Assembly (NCBI GenBank): GCA_963692865.2
Contig: OY843592.1
Coordinates: 128,001-192,000, forward strand
Length of the DNA: 64,000 nucleotides
DNA from: a bacterium
GTDB taxonomy: Bacteria > UBA8248
Direction of reading: 5' to 3'
Shown here: positions 42,655 through 52,318 of the stretch, piece by piece
How the letters are laid out: every line of letters starts with the position of its first letter
Numbering within the stretch: the first letter of the stretch is position 1
The notes under the pieces: model-generated
Told to the model about the DNA's origin: nothing
Database searches by the model: none
What the model saw: only the letters and a program-made list of their open reading frames with translations
Program-made: the position numbers and the translations under genes

Positions 42655-43102
42655 CGTCATTCCGGCAAAAGCCGGAATCCATTTTTACGCCTTTTGCCTT
42701 TCTTCAGGATTCCCGCGCATCGGTGGAGGAATGGAATGCGCCGTTCATTCACCCGCACCCGCAAATGGATTCCGGCTTTTGCCGGAATGACGGCTGGGGG
42801 TGAATTCGGAGCGAAGAGGGGAAATTCAACAACCCCGTATGCGACCCCTGCAATCCCTCCCGCATGGGTCGAGGCCGTCTACACCGCCGTCATTCCGGCA
42901 AAAGCCGGAATCCATTTTCGCCTTAGTCTTTTCGCCCCTTCGTTCAGACAGCTTTGTCCCTGACGGAGAGGGTCGGAATCGAACACAAAAACGAAAGGTA
43001 AATTCTCTGGATTCTGGATCCAGATGCCGCGCAACAACGAGTTCGTTGGCCGCCCCCATCTGATGAAAAGTCAAAATGGATTCCGGCTTTCGCCGGAATG
43101 AC
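42655..43102. repeat. Two inverted pairs of the GTCATTCCGGC-N4-GCCGGAATCCA REP-like repeat
   Basis: Copies at about 42656, 42766 (inverted), 42888 and 43077 (inverted); further copies near 53176, 57470 and 57570. Confidence 0.85.
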
Positions 43103-43326
43103 GGCCAAAACCGGAAACCGGGCGGGGGCGCAGGCTTAATTTTCCCCGCCTGAGGCGTATCATTCCCTGTTGAAACACAGGCGGGGCTCGACCCGCTGCG
43201 TGCCAACGCGATTCCCGGCCCCCTGCGCCGCTTGGCGAAACGAAGACTCCAAGCTATATTTCCCCCGAACGAGGGGAGACCGCATTTCCACACTCTCGAA
43301 AACCCACGCGCAGGGAGGCTCCTGTC

Positions 43327-43746
43327 TTGGCAGACATCATCACAGGCATGATCAAACGCTACGCGGCAGACGACCGCTTCACGCCCGAACCCGACCCTTC
43401 GGGCCGCTCCATCCGGCTCGTGGTGAACGACGTCTGCTGGTTCGAGTTCGAGAAGAACGAGGCCGAGGGCAAAATCCGCATCAGCTTCGCCACCAAAGAC
43501 CGCTACATGAACGAGGACATCGAGCTCGCCATCCTCGACAGCAAGGACCCGATTGACGATTTCGTCTACGACGGCATGGAGGAAGCGGGCGAGGAGGAAG
43601 AACACAAGGTGGAACACTACCACGACGGCGTGTTCCGCTACGCCATCGACCTGCCCCTCGACAAGCCGGGCGTGGACGAGCAGGCGGCGCGGGTGCTCGA
43701 CGGACTGTTCTACACGTTCGAGGAGTTCGCCGAGGGCGACGATTAG
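43327..43746 (+). CDS. Acidic hypothetical protein
   Basis: GGGAGG RBS before the TTG start; genome-typical codon usage. Confidence 0.7.
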   Translation: MADIITGMIKRYAADDRFTPEPDPSGRSIRLVVNDVCWFEFEKNEAEGKIRISFATKDRYMNEDIELAILDSKDPIDDFVYDGMEEAGEEEEHKVEHYHDGVFRYAIDLPLDKPGVDEQAARVLDGLFYTFEEFAEGDD

Positions 43747-43827
43747 CCTTTCATACTTCGCTGCGAGATTCCGGGTATTACCATATCCAGTCGTTACGTC
43801 TTCGGGCGCGCTTCCGGCGGCGACTGA

Positions 43828-44250
43828 TCAGGGCGCATCGCCCAGAACCTGCACCTCCACCCGTCTGCTCCTCGGGCGGTTGTCGAAATCGACCAGGACG
43901 ATCTGCTGCCACGTTCCGGTGGCGAGCGCGCCTCCCCGGACGGGCAACGCCAGACTCGGCCCGAGCAGAGCGGCGCGGACGTGGGAGAAACCGTTCCCGT
44001 CCCCCCAGCGCGCATCGTGCGCATAGACGATACCCTCGGGCGCGAGGCGGGCGACCGCGTCTTTCAAATCCGAAACGGCGCCCGGTTCATACTCTATCGT
44101 CGTGAGGCCCGCCGTCGAGCCGGGCGTGAAGACGAGGACGATACCGCTCTGCACCCCGCTCGCCGAAACGGCGCGCTCCACCTGCGGGGTGACGTTCAGA
44201 ACGTCCGTCCATCCCTTCGTCTCGACCACGAAACCCTCTTCGAACGCCAC
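43828..44250 (-). CDS. yjbQ: YjbQ family protein (UPF0047)
   Basis: GSTAGLTTIEYE, GDGNGFSHVRA, GTWQQIVLVDFD. Confidence 0.9.
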   Translation of the reverse strand: MAFEEGFVVETKGWTDVLNVTPQVERAVSASGVQSGIVLVFTPGSTAGLTTIEYEPGAVSDLKDAVARLAPEGIVYAHDARWGDGNGFSHVRAALLGPSLALPVRGGALATGTWQQIVLVDFDNRPRSRRVEVQVLGDAP

Positions 44251-44628
44251 GGAGTTGCCTCCTCGGTTCCATATCGCACGGGGACAAACCGGATGCCAAA
44301 AAGAAGAGAAAAATATACCCGATTATCGGTAGCGTCTCAGTTTGAAATTTCTGAGAGGTTGGAGGAGTAACCTCCATGAAGGTTTCAATCTACGACGGGG
44401 TATCCCCATCTCACCGCAACACCATTCCTGGTGATTTCCTTTCGGCGTTCTGTAGACGGCTAACCGGCCCGCGCCTTGACGCCTTTGCAAGCGATTACTC
44501 GATCCGGGATTTGAGATTCGGTAATTTCACCTGCCGCAATCTTCGCGACCCTAAACCGCGCACCCTATGGCGTCGCTCGGTCTTTCCTGTCCATCCGGTC
44601 CTCCGGCCATTACCGTGCCCTCTAGGTT

Positions 44629-44790
44629 TTATCGTGCCGTTCTCTCGATCAACGTTTCAAGCGCAAGGCGCTGATTGTCGAGTTCCTTGTCTCTTCTCGC
44701 GGATGCCTGTGCCATTTGGCGGAGTCCGAACCATATAAGGCCCAAGCCGGCATATTGTCCGATGATGCTGAGAATTTCATAGGTGGTCAT
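44629..44790 (-). CDS. Small single-TM protein (53 aa)
   Basis: AAGGAG RBS; MTTYEILSIIGQYAGLGLIWFGLRQMAQASARRDKELDNQRLALETLIERTAR. Confidence 0.6.
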   Translation of the reverse strand: MTTYEILSIIGQYAGLGLIWFGLRQMAQASARRDKELDNQRLALETLIERTAR

Positions 44791-45142
44791 GGCACGCTCC
44801 TTGACGGGTTTGTCGATTATTCTGCTCGCGTCATATTTTGTCAATGCCCTTTTCAGACACTCCCTATCGACATCTGATTCCCGCAAGCGGCAACTCGTTC
44901 TCACATCAAACAAGCCACAAGGTCAATGCAAGTCGAGCCGCCTGCTGAATACAATACCGCATCCTTCCGGGAATAGGCGGGACTCCCTTTTCTATGAATT
45001 GTTTGGAAACCGACCCAGCTTCAAAGGGAGGCCCGTCTCACACGAGGAGAAATCGTCATGTTCAAGAACCCTTGCGAATAAAGCCAACCCAGGGTATCTC
45101 CCAGCCAGTCAAGGATATAGTTCTTCCAGGAAGAGCGCACAC

Positions 45143-45176
45143 GAAAAAAGCGGCCCTCGCCCGAGAGCCGCTTTTC
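45143..45176 (-). terminator. Intrinsic terminator of the citrate synthase gene
   Basis: AAAAGCGGC...GCCGCTTTT hairpin just past the stop codon. Confidence 0.7.
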
Positions 45177-45192
45177 GGTTTCGCGTCTTTTT

Positions 45193-46362
45193 CTAGCCGC
45201 GCTCGGCAATCGGCGTGTACTGCGCCTCCAGGTCGCCGATGTAGACCGCGCGGGGCCGGAAGAGCCGGTTATCGGGCAGGTACTCCAGAATGCGCGCCGA
45301 CCACCCGGCGATGCGCGGCACGGCGAAGATGGGCGTGAACATGTCCGTGTCGATGCCCATGGCGTCGTAGATGACGCCCGAGAAGAAATCGACGTTGGGG
45401 AAGATGCCCTTGCCCCCTAAGTCCGCCACCACGAGGGCTTCGAGCTTTTTCGCGATCTCGTAGAGATGCCCCGTGCCGGCGCGATCGGAGAATTCCTTGG
45501 CGACGGGGTCGAACAGACGCGCCCTCGGATCGTAGGCCTTGTAGACGCGGTGGCCGAAGCCCATCACCTTCACCTTCTTGGATTTCGCCTCGGCGAACCA
45601 ATCCTCGGTCGTGGCGGGGTCTCCGATCTCCTGGAACGTGCGCAGCGTGGCCTCGTTCGCACCTCCGTGCAAAGGCCCCTTGAGCGAGCCGACCCCTGCC
45701 ACGATGGAGCTGTAGAAATCCGTCAAAGAGCTGTTCGTGACCATCGAGGAGAAAGTCGAGGCGTTCATGCCGTGTTCGGCGTGGATGATGAGGGCCATGT
45801 CCATCACCTCCACGGTGCGGGCGTCCGGCGTCTCGCCCGTCATCATGCGGAGGAAATCCTCGGAAAGGCCCTTCGCGGGGTCGGGCTCGATGAGGAACTC
45901 GCCCCTTCTCGCCCGCTGGATGGCCGCCACGAGGGTGGGGAACTGCGCCGTGAGCGTGAGGGCGATGTCGAAATCGTTCTCCACCGTTACCTCGAATTCC
46001 TTCGGGTTCAGGCAGCCGAGCATGGAGACGGCGGTGCGCAGCGTGCTCATGGGGTGGCACTTGCCTGCGATCTGCACGATCAGATCCTTCACTTCCTGGG
46101 GGATGGCGCGACGGGTGGCCAGATCCGCGTTGAAGGCGTCGAGTTCGCTCCGGGTGGGCAGTTTCCCGTTCAGCAGCAGGTAGGCCGTTTCCTCATATCC
46201 CCCGCCACCGGCGCAGAGGTCGTCGATGCTGTACCCGCGGTAGATGAGCTTCCCGTTCGCTCCATCCACGTAGCTGATGGCGCTCTCGTTCGTGATGGCC
46301 CCCTCGAGACCCTTCTTGAATTCCACGCTGCCAACGAATTGGCGGGGTTTTTCTTCTGCCAT
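45193..46362 (-). CDS. Citrate synthase (short, type I / 2-methylcitrate synthase-like)
   Basis: GKLIYRGY, HPM, HAEHGMNASTF, GPLHGGANE, GFGHRVYK.YDPR, PNVDF. Confidence 0.95.
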   Translation of the reverse strand: MAEEKPRQFVGSVEFKKGLEGAITNESAISYVDGANGKLIYRGYSIDDLCAGGGGYEETAYLLLNGKLPTRSELDAFNADLATRRAIPQEVKDLIVQIAGKCHPMSTLRTAVSMLGCLNPKEFEVTVENDFDIALTLTAQFPTLVAAIQRARRGEFLIEPDPAKGLSEDFLRMMTGETPDARTVEVMDMALIIHAEHGMNASTFSSMVTNSSLTDFYSSIVAGVGSLKGPLHGGANEATLRTFQEIGDPATTEDWFAEAKSKKVKVMGFGHRVYKAYDPRARLFDPVAKEFSDRAGTGHLYEIAKKLEALVVADLGGKGIFPNVDFFSGVIYDAMGIDTDMFTPIFAVPRIAGWSARILEYLPDNRLFRPRAVYIGDLEAQYTPIAERG

Positions 46363-46670
46363 GGGCGTCTCCAAGCGCAAAGTGAAATATATGCTCTAAA
46401 AATACTTTTATATATCAGCGGGTTTCGTAATTTAGCTCTTCCGCACGAAACCATCGCCGCTAAAAGTATACTGTATACAATTCAATAAATCATATATTTA
46501 AGATTACTATACAGATATTTCACCTTGCCATGCAAACGGGATTGTTAGAATAAAACAGGCGAGAATGGCCCTTGACAGCCCTACTTACGTGACCCTAGAA
46601 ACTTTATTCGAGGAAAATCTCGGCGCTTGACCTGAAAATAGTAGCCGCCCCCCCGCAGGAAATCTGAACC

Positions 46671-47405
46671 ATGGCCCGACTGACCGATTACCGCGTACTG
46701 ACGTTCGACTGCTACGGCACCCTCATCGACTGGGAGAGCGGAATCTGGGACGCGCTGCAGCCGCTCATCATGGGAGGCGACGACTCAGGCGTGACGCGAG
46801 AGGCCGCCCTCCTCGCCTTCGCGAAATGGGAAGCCCGCCACGAGCACGCCTCGCCCGAGCTTCGCTATCCCGACCTCCTGGCCAGAGTCCACCGGAGCAT
46901 GGCGGAGAGCCTGGGGCTCGGGACGAGCGACGCGCTCGATGAGGCGTTCGGCGCATCGGCGCCGCTTTGGCCGGCGTTTCCCGATACCGCGGACGCGCTG
47001 CGGTTCCTCAAGCGGCATTACAGGCTCGTCATCCTCTCGAACGTCCACCGCGAGGGCTTCGCCGCCTCGAACCGCAAGCTCGGCGTCGCGTTCGATGCCG
47101 TCTACACCGCCGAGGATATCGGCTCCTACAAACCCGCCGACGCCAACTTCGAGTATCTCTTATCGCATCTGAAGTCCGACTTCGGCCTGGAGCGCGCGGA
47201 CGTCCTGCACACCGCACAGAGCCTGCGCCACGACCACGCTCCCGCGAACCGCTTCGGCCTCGCCAACGCCTGGATCGACCGCCAGAGGCTCTCCCAAGGC
47301 GGAAGCTGGGGGGCGACGGAGAAAATCGAGACGATGCCGACAACCGACTTCATCTTCTTCTCGATGGCGGAGATGGCCGCGGCCGTCGAGGCGGAGGGGG
47401 GTTAG
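46671..47405 (+). CDS. HAD hydrolase (haloacid dehalogenase type II-like)
   Basis: FDCYGTLIDWE, ILSNV, GSYKP, HTAQSLRHDH. Confidence 0.9.
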   Translation: MARLTDYRVLTFDCYGTLIDWESGIWDALQPLIMGGDDSGVTREAALLAFAKWEARHEHASPELRYPDLLARVHRSMAESLGLGTSDALDEAFGASAPLWPAFPDTADALRFLKRHYRLVILSNVHREGFAASNRKLGVAFDAVYTAEDIGSYKPADANFEYLLSHLKSDFGLERADVLHTAQSLRHDHAPANRFGLANAWIDRQRLSQGGSWGATEKIETMPTTDFIFFSMAEMAAAVEAEGG

Positions 47406-47546
47406 GGGGAGCGAGTGCTTTGGTGTATGGGGAACTGTAGTTTGTTGAATGAATGACTCGCTGTTCTGAGCTCACTAGATTGGTACGGTGATTCGGGGCA
47501 AAATTATTATATTGCTGCATATCAATTATGTAAGGAGGTATGGTCG

Positions 47547-48335
47547 GTGAAAGTCAAGAGTGAAGACTACCAGTCACACAGTGTATTTAAGGAACTTGAA
47601 CGCTACATCGACTTCTACGATATGTTTTCTTTTTCCGTATTTTCGTTTGCTACAAGTGGAACGAAGGCGATCGTAAACATCGACTCCTATGCTTACTCCT
47701 CGATGCAAGGCACACTAGACTCTATCCGCAGGATCCTCCTAGAAGGCCGCATCAACGATGCCTATGCCCTACTTAGAAAATACTACGATTCGATAATAAT
47801 AAACATATATACTAATCTATACTTGGAAGAACACTTCAGTATAGAAAATTTTATCGTTGAAAAAATTCAAAAGTGGCTAAATGGAAAGGTGAAATTGCCT
47901 CACAATAAGGACATGAGCGAATATATTCTGCAGTCCCAAACGCTCAAACCTGTAACCTCTATCCTGTTATCCGATGACCACTACAAACATATCCGTGATC
48001 GATGCAACGATCACACTCATTACAATTTTTACCAGTATGTTTTGCTTAATGATAACGAAATTTCCATACCTACTCGCCTACAATACCTGGAGCTATTTCG
48101 TAAAGATGTGCGGGACCTGGTTATCTTGCACCTTGGACTTATCTTTTACCTTAAGGATGTATACATGTCGTCTAGTGATTATCTCGATGCACTCGAATGC
48201 GGCATACAGCCAGAAGCTGATTCACAGTACTGGGTTGCAACTTTTGTGCAAGAAATTTTTGATGAAATTGTGACTCCATATCGACCCGAAGTCACAACCT
48301 TGATAAAAAACTCCTCAGAGATGCAGCTAACTTGA
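47547..48335 (+). CDS. AT-rich accessory protein, possible HEPN/DUF5677-like RNase
   Basis: Helical protein with DAYALLRKYYD and R-x4-6-H-like IRDRCNDHTH; composition differs from neighbours. Confidence 0.5.
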   Translation: MKVKSEDYQSHSVFKELERYIDFYDMFSFSVFSFATSGTKAIVNIDSYAYSSMQGTLDSIRRILLEGRINDAYALLRKYYDSIIINIYTNLYLEEHFSIENFIVEKIQKWLNGKVKLPHNKDMSEYILQSQTLKPVTSILLSDDHYKHIRDRCNDHTHYNFYQYVLLNDNEISIPTRLQYLELFRKDVRDLVILHLGLIFYLKDVYMSSSDYLDALECGIQPEADSQYWVATFVQEIFDEIVTPYRPEVTTLIKNSSEMQLT

Positions 48336-48431
48336 CGTGGTTAATTCATCGTCGTCAGCGTTGGCAAGCGGCGCCTGCCGATATTCCAGCTGACGACCCT
48401 GATCACTTCGGAAGTCCTGCTCTCTCCCGCT

Positions 48432-48791
48432 TCACCCCCGCCGCGCGAGCCACCACGCCGCCGCCCAGACCGGCAGACTCAGGAATATCGCGAAGACGGC
48501 GATGGCTATCGGGCCGAGCAGTCCCGCCACCAGCGTCGTCGCCAAAGTGAAAATGCCAAGCAATACCCCTGCCGCCCAGGCGTCGCGGCGATAACCCAGC
48601 CGCCACAACCGCCGGCAGCCCAGCGCCAGCGGCAGGCCGCAGGGCGCGACCGGGATAAGCGAGACCATCGCCATCGGCATCTGCGCCCAGATGGCCGGAT
48701 CGGCCCCGAAACGCACGATGACGGTCGCGACCATCCCGGCCGGCAACCACAGGAGCGCCAGCGCCCAGAAGCCGAGCCGCCACTTACGCAC
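48432..48791 (-). CDS. Small multi-TM membrane protein
   Basis: About 4 hydrophobic helices; GTG start behind GAGGGG, immediately after the duplicated speB stop. Confidence 0.65.
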   Translation of the reverse strand: MRKWRLGFWALALLWLPAGMVATVIVRFGADPAIWAQMPMAMVSLIPVAPCGLPLALGCRRLWRLGYRRDAWAAGVLLGIFTLATTLVAGLLGPIAIAVFAIFLSLPVWAAAWWLARRG

Positions 48792-48795
48792 CACC

Positions 48796-48847
48796 CCCCT
48801 CACGCCCCCATCACCAGTGTGAGTACGCGCACCAGCTTCGCGGCGGC
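48796..48847 (-). pseudogene. Diverged duplicate of the speB 3' end
   Basis: AAKLVRVLTLVMGA* versus speB AAKLVRELALVMGA*; 47/52 nt identical to 49632-49683 by manual count. Confidence 0.85.
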
Positions 48848-48892
48848 TATGGGGCTCAGGGCGGCCTTTCCCGCAACAGAAGTCATCCGGAT

Positions 48893-49516
48893 TCACCAGT
48901 TAGCAGGCTTGGTGATGTTGGTTCCCGGAATCGGGGACGGGAGCTGGTTCTTTTGTAACGCTCTCTTTTGAATCCGGCGGGAGAAGTCGGCATGGGCCAT
49001 TAACTCTCGAGATGTATGACTCGCTCCGGGTGTTATCAGTCCAATCCATTTTCTTTTGTGCTGTTTCACGAGGCGCATGCCCTCTGCGATATCGCTGTCA
49101 TTCGTAACCACAATCGCGCAGTCATAGTCATCCAACCACGCATCGTTCAAGAGATGCACGGCGAGATTGACATCCGATCCCTTCTCTTCGGTCCTGATGA
49201 CATTTACCAGCCTCGTTCTATTGCCGGTATCAGCAAGCGGCGCCCGAACCTTGTGAGTCAGAAAATGACCGAAATAGACTTCAACTTCCGGGCAATGGTG
49301 TTGCAATGCGCGCAAGTAGGTGTCTTGGCGTTGCGGTTCAGATAGGTCGTCAGGCCGTGCTGAGACACGCGCCGTGAAGTATTTGATTTTGAGGATATCG
49401 TGGTGCGGCATCAATACATTATGGAACAGACCGGAGAGATCCAGCCATTTGAAAGGCGTTTGCTTCAGCGAGCGGTAGTAGAGGTTGAATCCATCGACGT
49501 AGATATAAGTCCGCAT
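48893..49516 (-). CDS. NYN (LabA/DUF88, PIN-like) domain RNase
   Basis: YVDGFNLY, YFTA, EEKGSDVNLA, TNDSDI. Confidence 0.92.
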   Translation of the reverse strand: MRTYIYVDGFNLYYRSLKQTPFKWLDLSGLFHNVLMPHHDILKIKYFTARVSARPDDLSEPQRQDTYLRALQHHCPEVEVYFGHFLTHKVRAPLADTGNRTRLVNVIRTEEKGSDVNLAVHLLNDAWLDDYDCAIVVTNDSDIAEGMRLVKQHKRKWIGLITPGASHTSRELMAHADFSRRIQKRALQKNQLPSPIPGTNITKPANW

Positions 49517-49525
49517 GTCTTACCT

Positions 49526-49618
49526 AAAAAAGCAGGGCCTCGTTCGAGGCCCCGCGCCCAGCGGTCAAAACCCCTGGGGGAGTAGTGAAATAATGCCACT
49601 CTACGGAGCCTTCGTCAA
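49526..49618 (-). promoter_or_regulatory. Sigma70 promoter, structured leader and intrinsic terminator directly upstream of NYN
   Basis: TTGACG-N17-CATTAT (49618-49590); stem CCCAG...CTGGG; hairpin GCGGGGCCTCG-AA-CGAGGCCCTGC then T6 ending about 10 nt before the ATG. Confidence 0.6.
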
Positions 49619-49635
49619 CAGGAAAATACAGCCCC

Positions 49636-50493
49636 TCACGCCCCCATCACCAGGGCCAGCTCGCGCACCAGCTTCGCGGCGGCGACGGCGCTCGCGCCTG
49701 TGGGGTCCCACTCAGGGGCGAGTTCCACCACGTCGGCGCCGATGACCCGCGCGCCCGAGGCGTCGAGAACGCGGATGCACTCGATGAGCGCGTCAAGCCC
49801 GGGGCCGCCGGGTTCGGGGCTGCCGGTTCCGGGCATCTCGCCGGGGTTTATGACGTCAACGTCGAGGGTGAGGTATACGGGGCCATCGCCAACCTCCTGC
49901 AACGCCGCCGCCACCGCCTCAGGACTCAGCGGGCGCATGGTGTCGTTCGCCCGCATCCATTCGAACTCCTCCCTGGCGCCGGAGCGGACGCCGAACTGTC
50001 TAAGAGGCCCGACGCCATCAATCTCCAGGATGCGCCGTACGGCGCAGGCGTGCGAGAGTTTCTCTCCGAGATAGTCCTCTCTCAAATCCGCGTGCGCGTC
50101 CCACTGGAACACGGCCAGACCCGGAAAGAGTTCGAGCGCCGCCTCGGCGGCGGGCAGGCTCACCAGATGCTCCCCGCCCAGGAATACGGGGCGCTTGCCA
50201 GCCTGAAAAACCGCTGAGGCTTCGGCCTTGATGGAAGCGAGTACGGCTTCGGTGTCGTCGGATGAAAATTCAACGTCGCCCATATCGCACAGGGCGGCGT
50301 CGCTCAAATCCTTGTCCAGATGCGGGCTGTAGGTTTCGAGACAATCCGACGCCTCTCGCATCGCATCGGGTCCCAGGCGCGCGCCTCGCCGGAAGCTCGC
50401 CGTCTCATCGAAAGGGCAGCCCAGCAGCGCGACGCGCGCTGATTCGAAGGGGCTCCCGGCGCAGAGAAAACGCGGGCGGGCCTCCCCGCCCAT
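49636..50493 (-). CDS. speB: Agmatinase
   Basis: GGEHL, DAHADLR, SHAC, DVDVINP..MPGTGSPEPGG, DVVELAP. Confidence 0.93.
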   Translation of the reverse strand: MGGEARPRFLCAGSPFESARVALLGCPFDETASFRRGARLGPDAMREASDCLETYSPHLDKDLSDAALCDMGDVEFSSDDTEAVLASIKAEASAVFQAGKRPVFLGGEHLVSLPAAEAALELFPGLAVFQWDAHADLREDYLGEKLSHACAVRRILEIDGVGPLRQFGVRSGAREEFEWMRANDTMRPLSPEAVAAALQEVGDGPVYLTLDVDVINPGEMPGTGSPEPGGPGLDALIECIRVLDASGARVIGADVVELAPEWDPTGASAVAAAKLVRELALVMGA

Positions 50494-51350
50494 CAGCCCA
50501 GTATCTCCGCCACATAGGGGGGATGCGTGAAGGCGGCCGCATGGACCTCGGGGGAGTAGTAGTGGTTCTTCACATCAAGGGGCAGCGTTCTCGGCTTGGC
50601 GCGGACGTCCGTTCTCCTCGATTTGGGCGCGAGCGCGAACGACCATATCCCCCCCGGATAGGTCGGCACGTTCGCGAGATACGTCGCAGCGCCCGGAAAC
50701 ACCCGCCGGATGCGCCTCGTGATACGCCGCATCCTGTGACCCTCGAACACGGGGCCTTGGCTTTGCGCGGCGTAGAGCCCGCCGGGTTTGAGGGCGCGCT
50801 TCGCCGCGCGGAAAAAGGAGACCTGCGTGAGCGGGTTCGCCATGGCGACGGGATCCGTGGAATCGACCAGGATGACGTCGAACGCAGCCTCACAACCCTC
50901 GATGAACTTCACCCCGTCCTCGATCCGCACCTCCACGCGGGGGTCGTCCAAGCCTCCCGCAATGGATGGCAGGAACTCGCGGCAGCAATCCACCACCATC
51001 TCGTCGATCTCGACGAGGGTGACACGCTCGATAGTTTCATGCCTCAACGCCTCGCGGACGCAGCCGCCGTCCCCGCCGCCGACGATGAGGACATTCCCGG
51101 GTTCAGGATGTGCGCACATAGGAACGTGGACCAGCATCTCGTGGTAGACGAACTCATCGCGCTCGGTGGTCTGGATGATGCCGTCCAAGAGAAGGACGCG
51201 CCCGAAGTCCTCGGTCTCCACGAGGGTAATCTCCTGAAACGCGCTTTTGGCGGAATAGAGCGTTCGCAGCACCTTCATCGTGAGGCCGGTGCCGGGACCG
51301 TGGTACTCGGTGAACCATGTCGCCGGCTTGCCGGGAGGGCTTTCGGGCAT
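50493..51350 (-). CDS. speE: Spermidine synthase
   Basis: LLLDGIIQTTERDEFVYHEML, VGGGDGG, VEID, DSTDP, PTYPGG. Confidence 0.95.
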   Translation of the reverse strand: MPESPPGKPATWFTEYHGPGTGLTMKVLRTLYSAKSAFQEITLVETEDFGRVLLLDGIIQTTERDEFVYHEMLVHVPMCAHPEPGNVLIVGGGDGGCVREALRHETIERVTLVEIDEMVVDCCREFLPSIAGGLDDPRVEVRIEDGVKFIEGCEAAFDVILVDSTDPVAMANPLTQVSFFRAAKRALKPGGLYAAQSQGPVFEGHRMRRITRRIRRVFPGAATYLANVPTYPGGIWSFALAPKSRRTDVRAKPRTLPLDVKNHYYSPEVHAAAFTHPPYVAEILG

Positions 51351-51364
51351 GAAGGGGGCGCGCG

Positions 51365-51832
51365 TCAGTTCCAAAGGATGACTCCCGCGAAGGCGGCGCC
51401 GGTATCCATAACGACGTGCTCGGCGGTGACGCTCCTGATCTCGCGGATACTCACGCCGCGATGCGCCATGCCCGCCTCCGCCATGCGCCGGGCTTCTTCT
51501 TCCACCCGCGCGCGGGGGGCGTGGCCGTGATGCTCCATGATGAGGCCGGGGTGCGCCTCGTCCTCGGGAATGGCGACCGCCACGGCCGCGGTGATCACCT
51601 CGCCAGGTTTGGAGGAAGTCACGGACGCGTAGGCCGCCGGCACCAGCGCGCCAGGCGGCAGGGGGGGAGGCTCCATCTCCTCGCATCCGGGCGGCAGGAT
51701 GCTGCTCACCCGCACGAGGTTCGTGTCGCCCACGCCCGCGCGCAGGAGCGCCGCGTCGAAGGCGTTGAGCTCCGTCACCCCCTCGGCGCTCCCGTGGGCC
51801 AGGAAATACCTGGTCGGCGTCTCAACGATCAT
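51365..51832 (-). CDS. pdaD: Pyruvoyl-dependent arginine decarboxylase
   Basis: [26 protein letters not shown] with Ser-Ser cleavage site. Confidence 0.92.
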   Translation of the reverse strand: MIVETPTRYFLAHGSAEGVTELNAFDAALLRAGVGDTNLVRVSSILPPGCEEMEPPPLPPGALVPAAYASVTSSKPGEVITAAVAVAIPEDEAHPGLIMEHHGHAPRARVEEEARRMAEAGMAHRGVSIREIRSVTAEHVVMDTGAAFAGVILWN

Positions 51833-52266
51833 CGCCCGCGCCTCTCCCCGCTCTGAACGGAAAGGGAGGCCTCCCCTCCTCCGTTCGAGGCGAAAGGCGC
51901 GTTCACCGGCGCCTTGGGTTGTTGGATGACCCCGCGCGGCACCTCTTTCGTCTCGAAGCGCGAGGGTGCGAGGTGTTCCGCGAGATGGCGCACCGCCGCG
52001 TCGCAGTCCACCTCGCCGCAGGAGAAATAATCCACCGCCGCGTAGCTGTACTCGGGCCAGGTGTGCACGGCCAAGTGGCTTTCCTCCACCACGACCACCC
52101 CGCTCACCCCGTGGGGGCTGAAGGCGTGGAACACGCTCTGCACGACGGTGGCCCCGCTCAGGCGGGCGGCCTCGTTCATCAACTCCTCGATTCGCGCAGG
52201 ATCGTTCAAAGCGGGGGATTCACAATTATAGAATTCCGCCAGCAGGTGGCGGCCCAGGGAATTCAA
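51829..52266 (-). CDS. speD: S-adenosylmethionine decarboxylase proenzyme
   Basis: [42 protein letters not shown]. Confidence 0.93.
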   Translation of the reverse strand: MNSLGRHLLAEFYNCESPALNDPARIEELMNEAARLSGATVVQSVFHAFSPHGVSGVVVVEESHLAVHTWPEYSYAAVDYFSCGEVDCDAAVRHLAEHLAPSRFETKEVPRGVIQQPKAPVNAPFASNGGGEASLSVQSGERRGR

Positions 52267-52318
52267 CTTAGGCTTCCTCCAAAAACGAATCGACGAACCA
52301 ACCTCAAACCTCCTGAAA

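Noticed and set aside
42655-43102. Possible CRISPR array
   Set aside because: Repeats alternate in orientation with irregular spacing and no cas genes are present; these are REP-like
44330-44420. Hairpins resembling a riboswitch upstream of yjbQ
   Set aside because: No full consensus of a known riboswitch could be matched by eye; an Rfam/Infernal scan would be needed
46440-46520. AT-rich GTATAC-T-GTATAC palindrome upstream of citrate synthase as an origin or novel element
   Set aside because: More simply a divergent promoter region with a possible GntR-type operator; no DnaA-box array is seen
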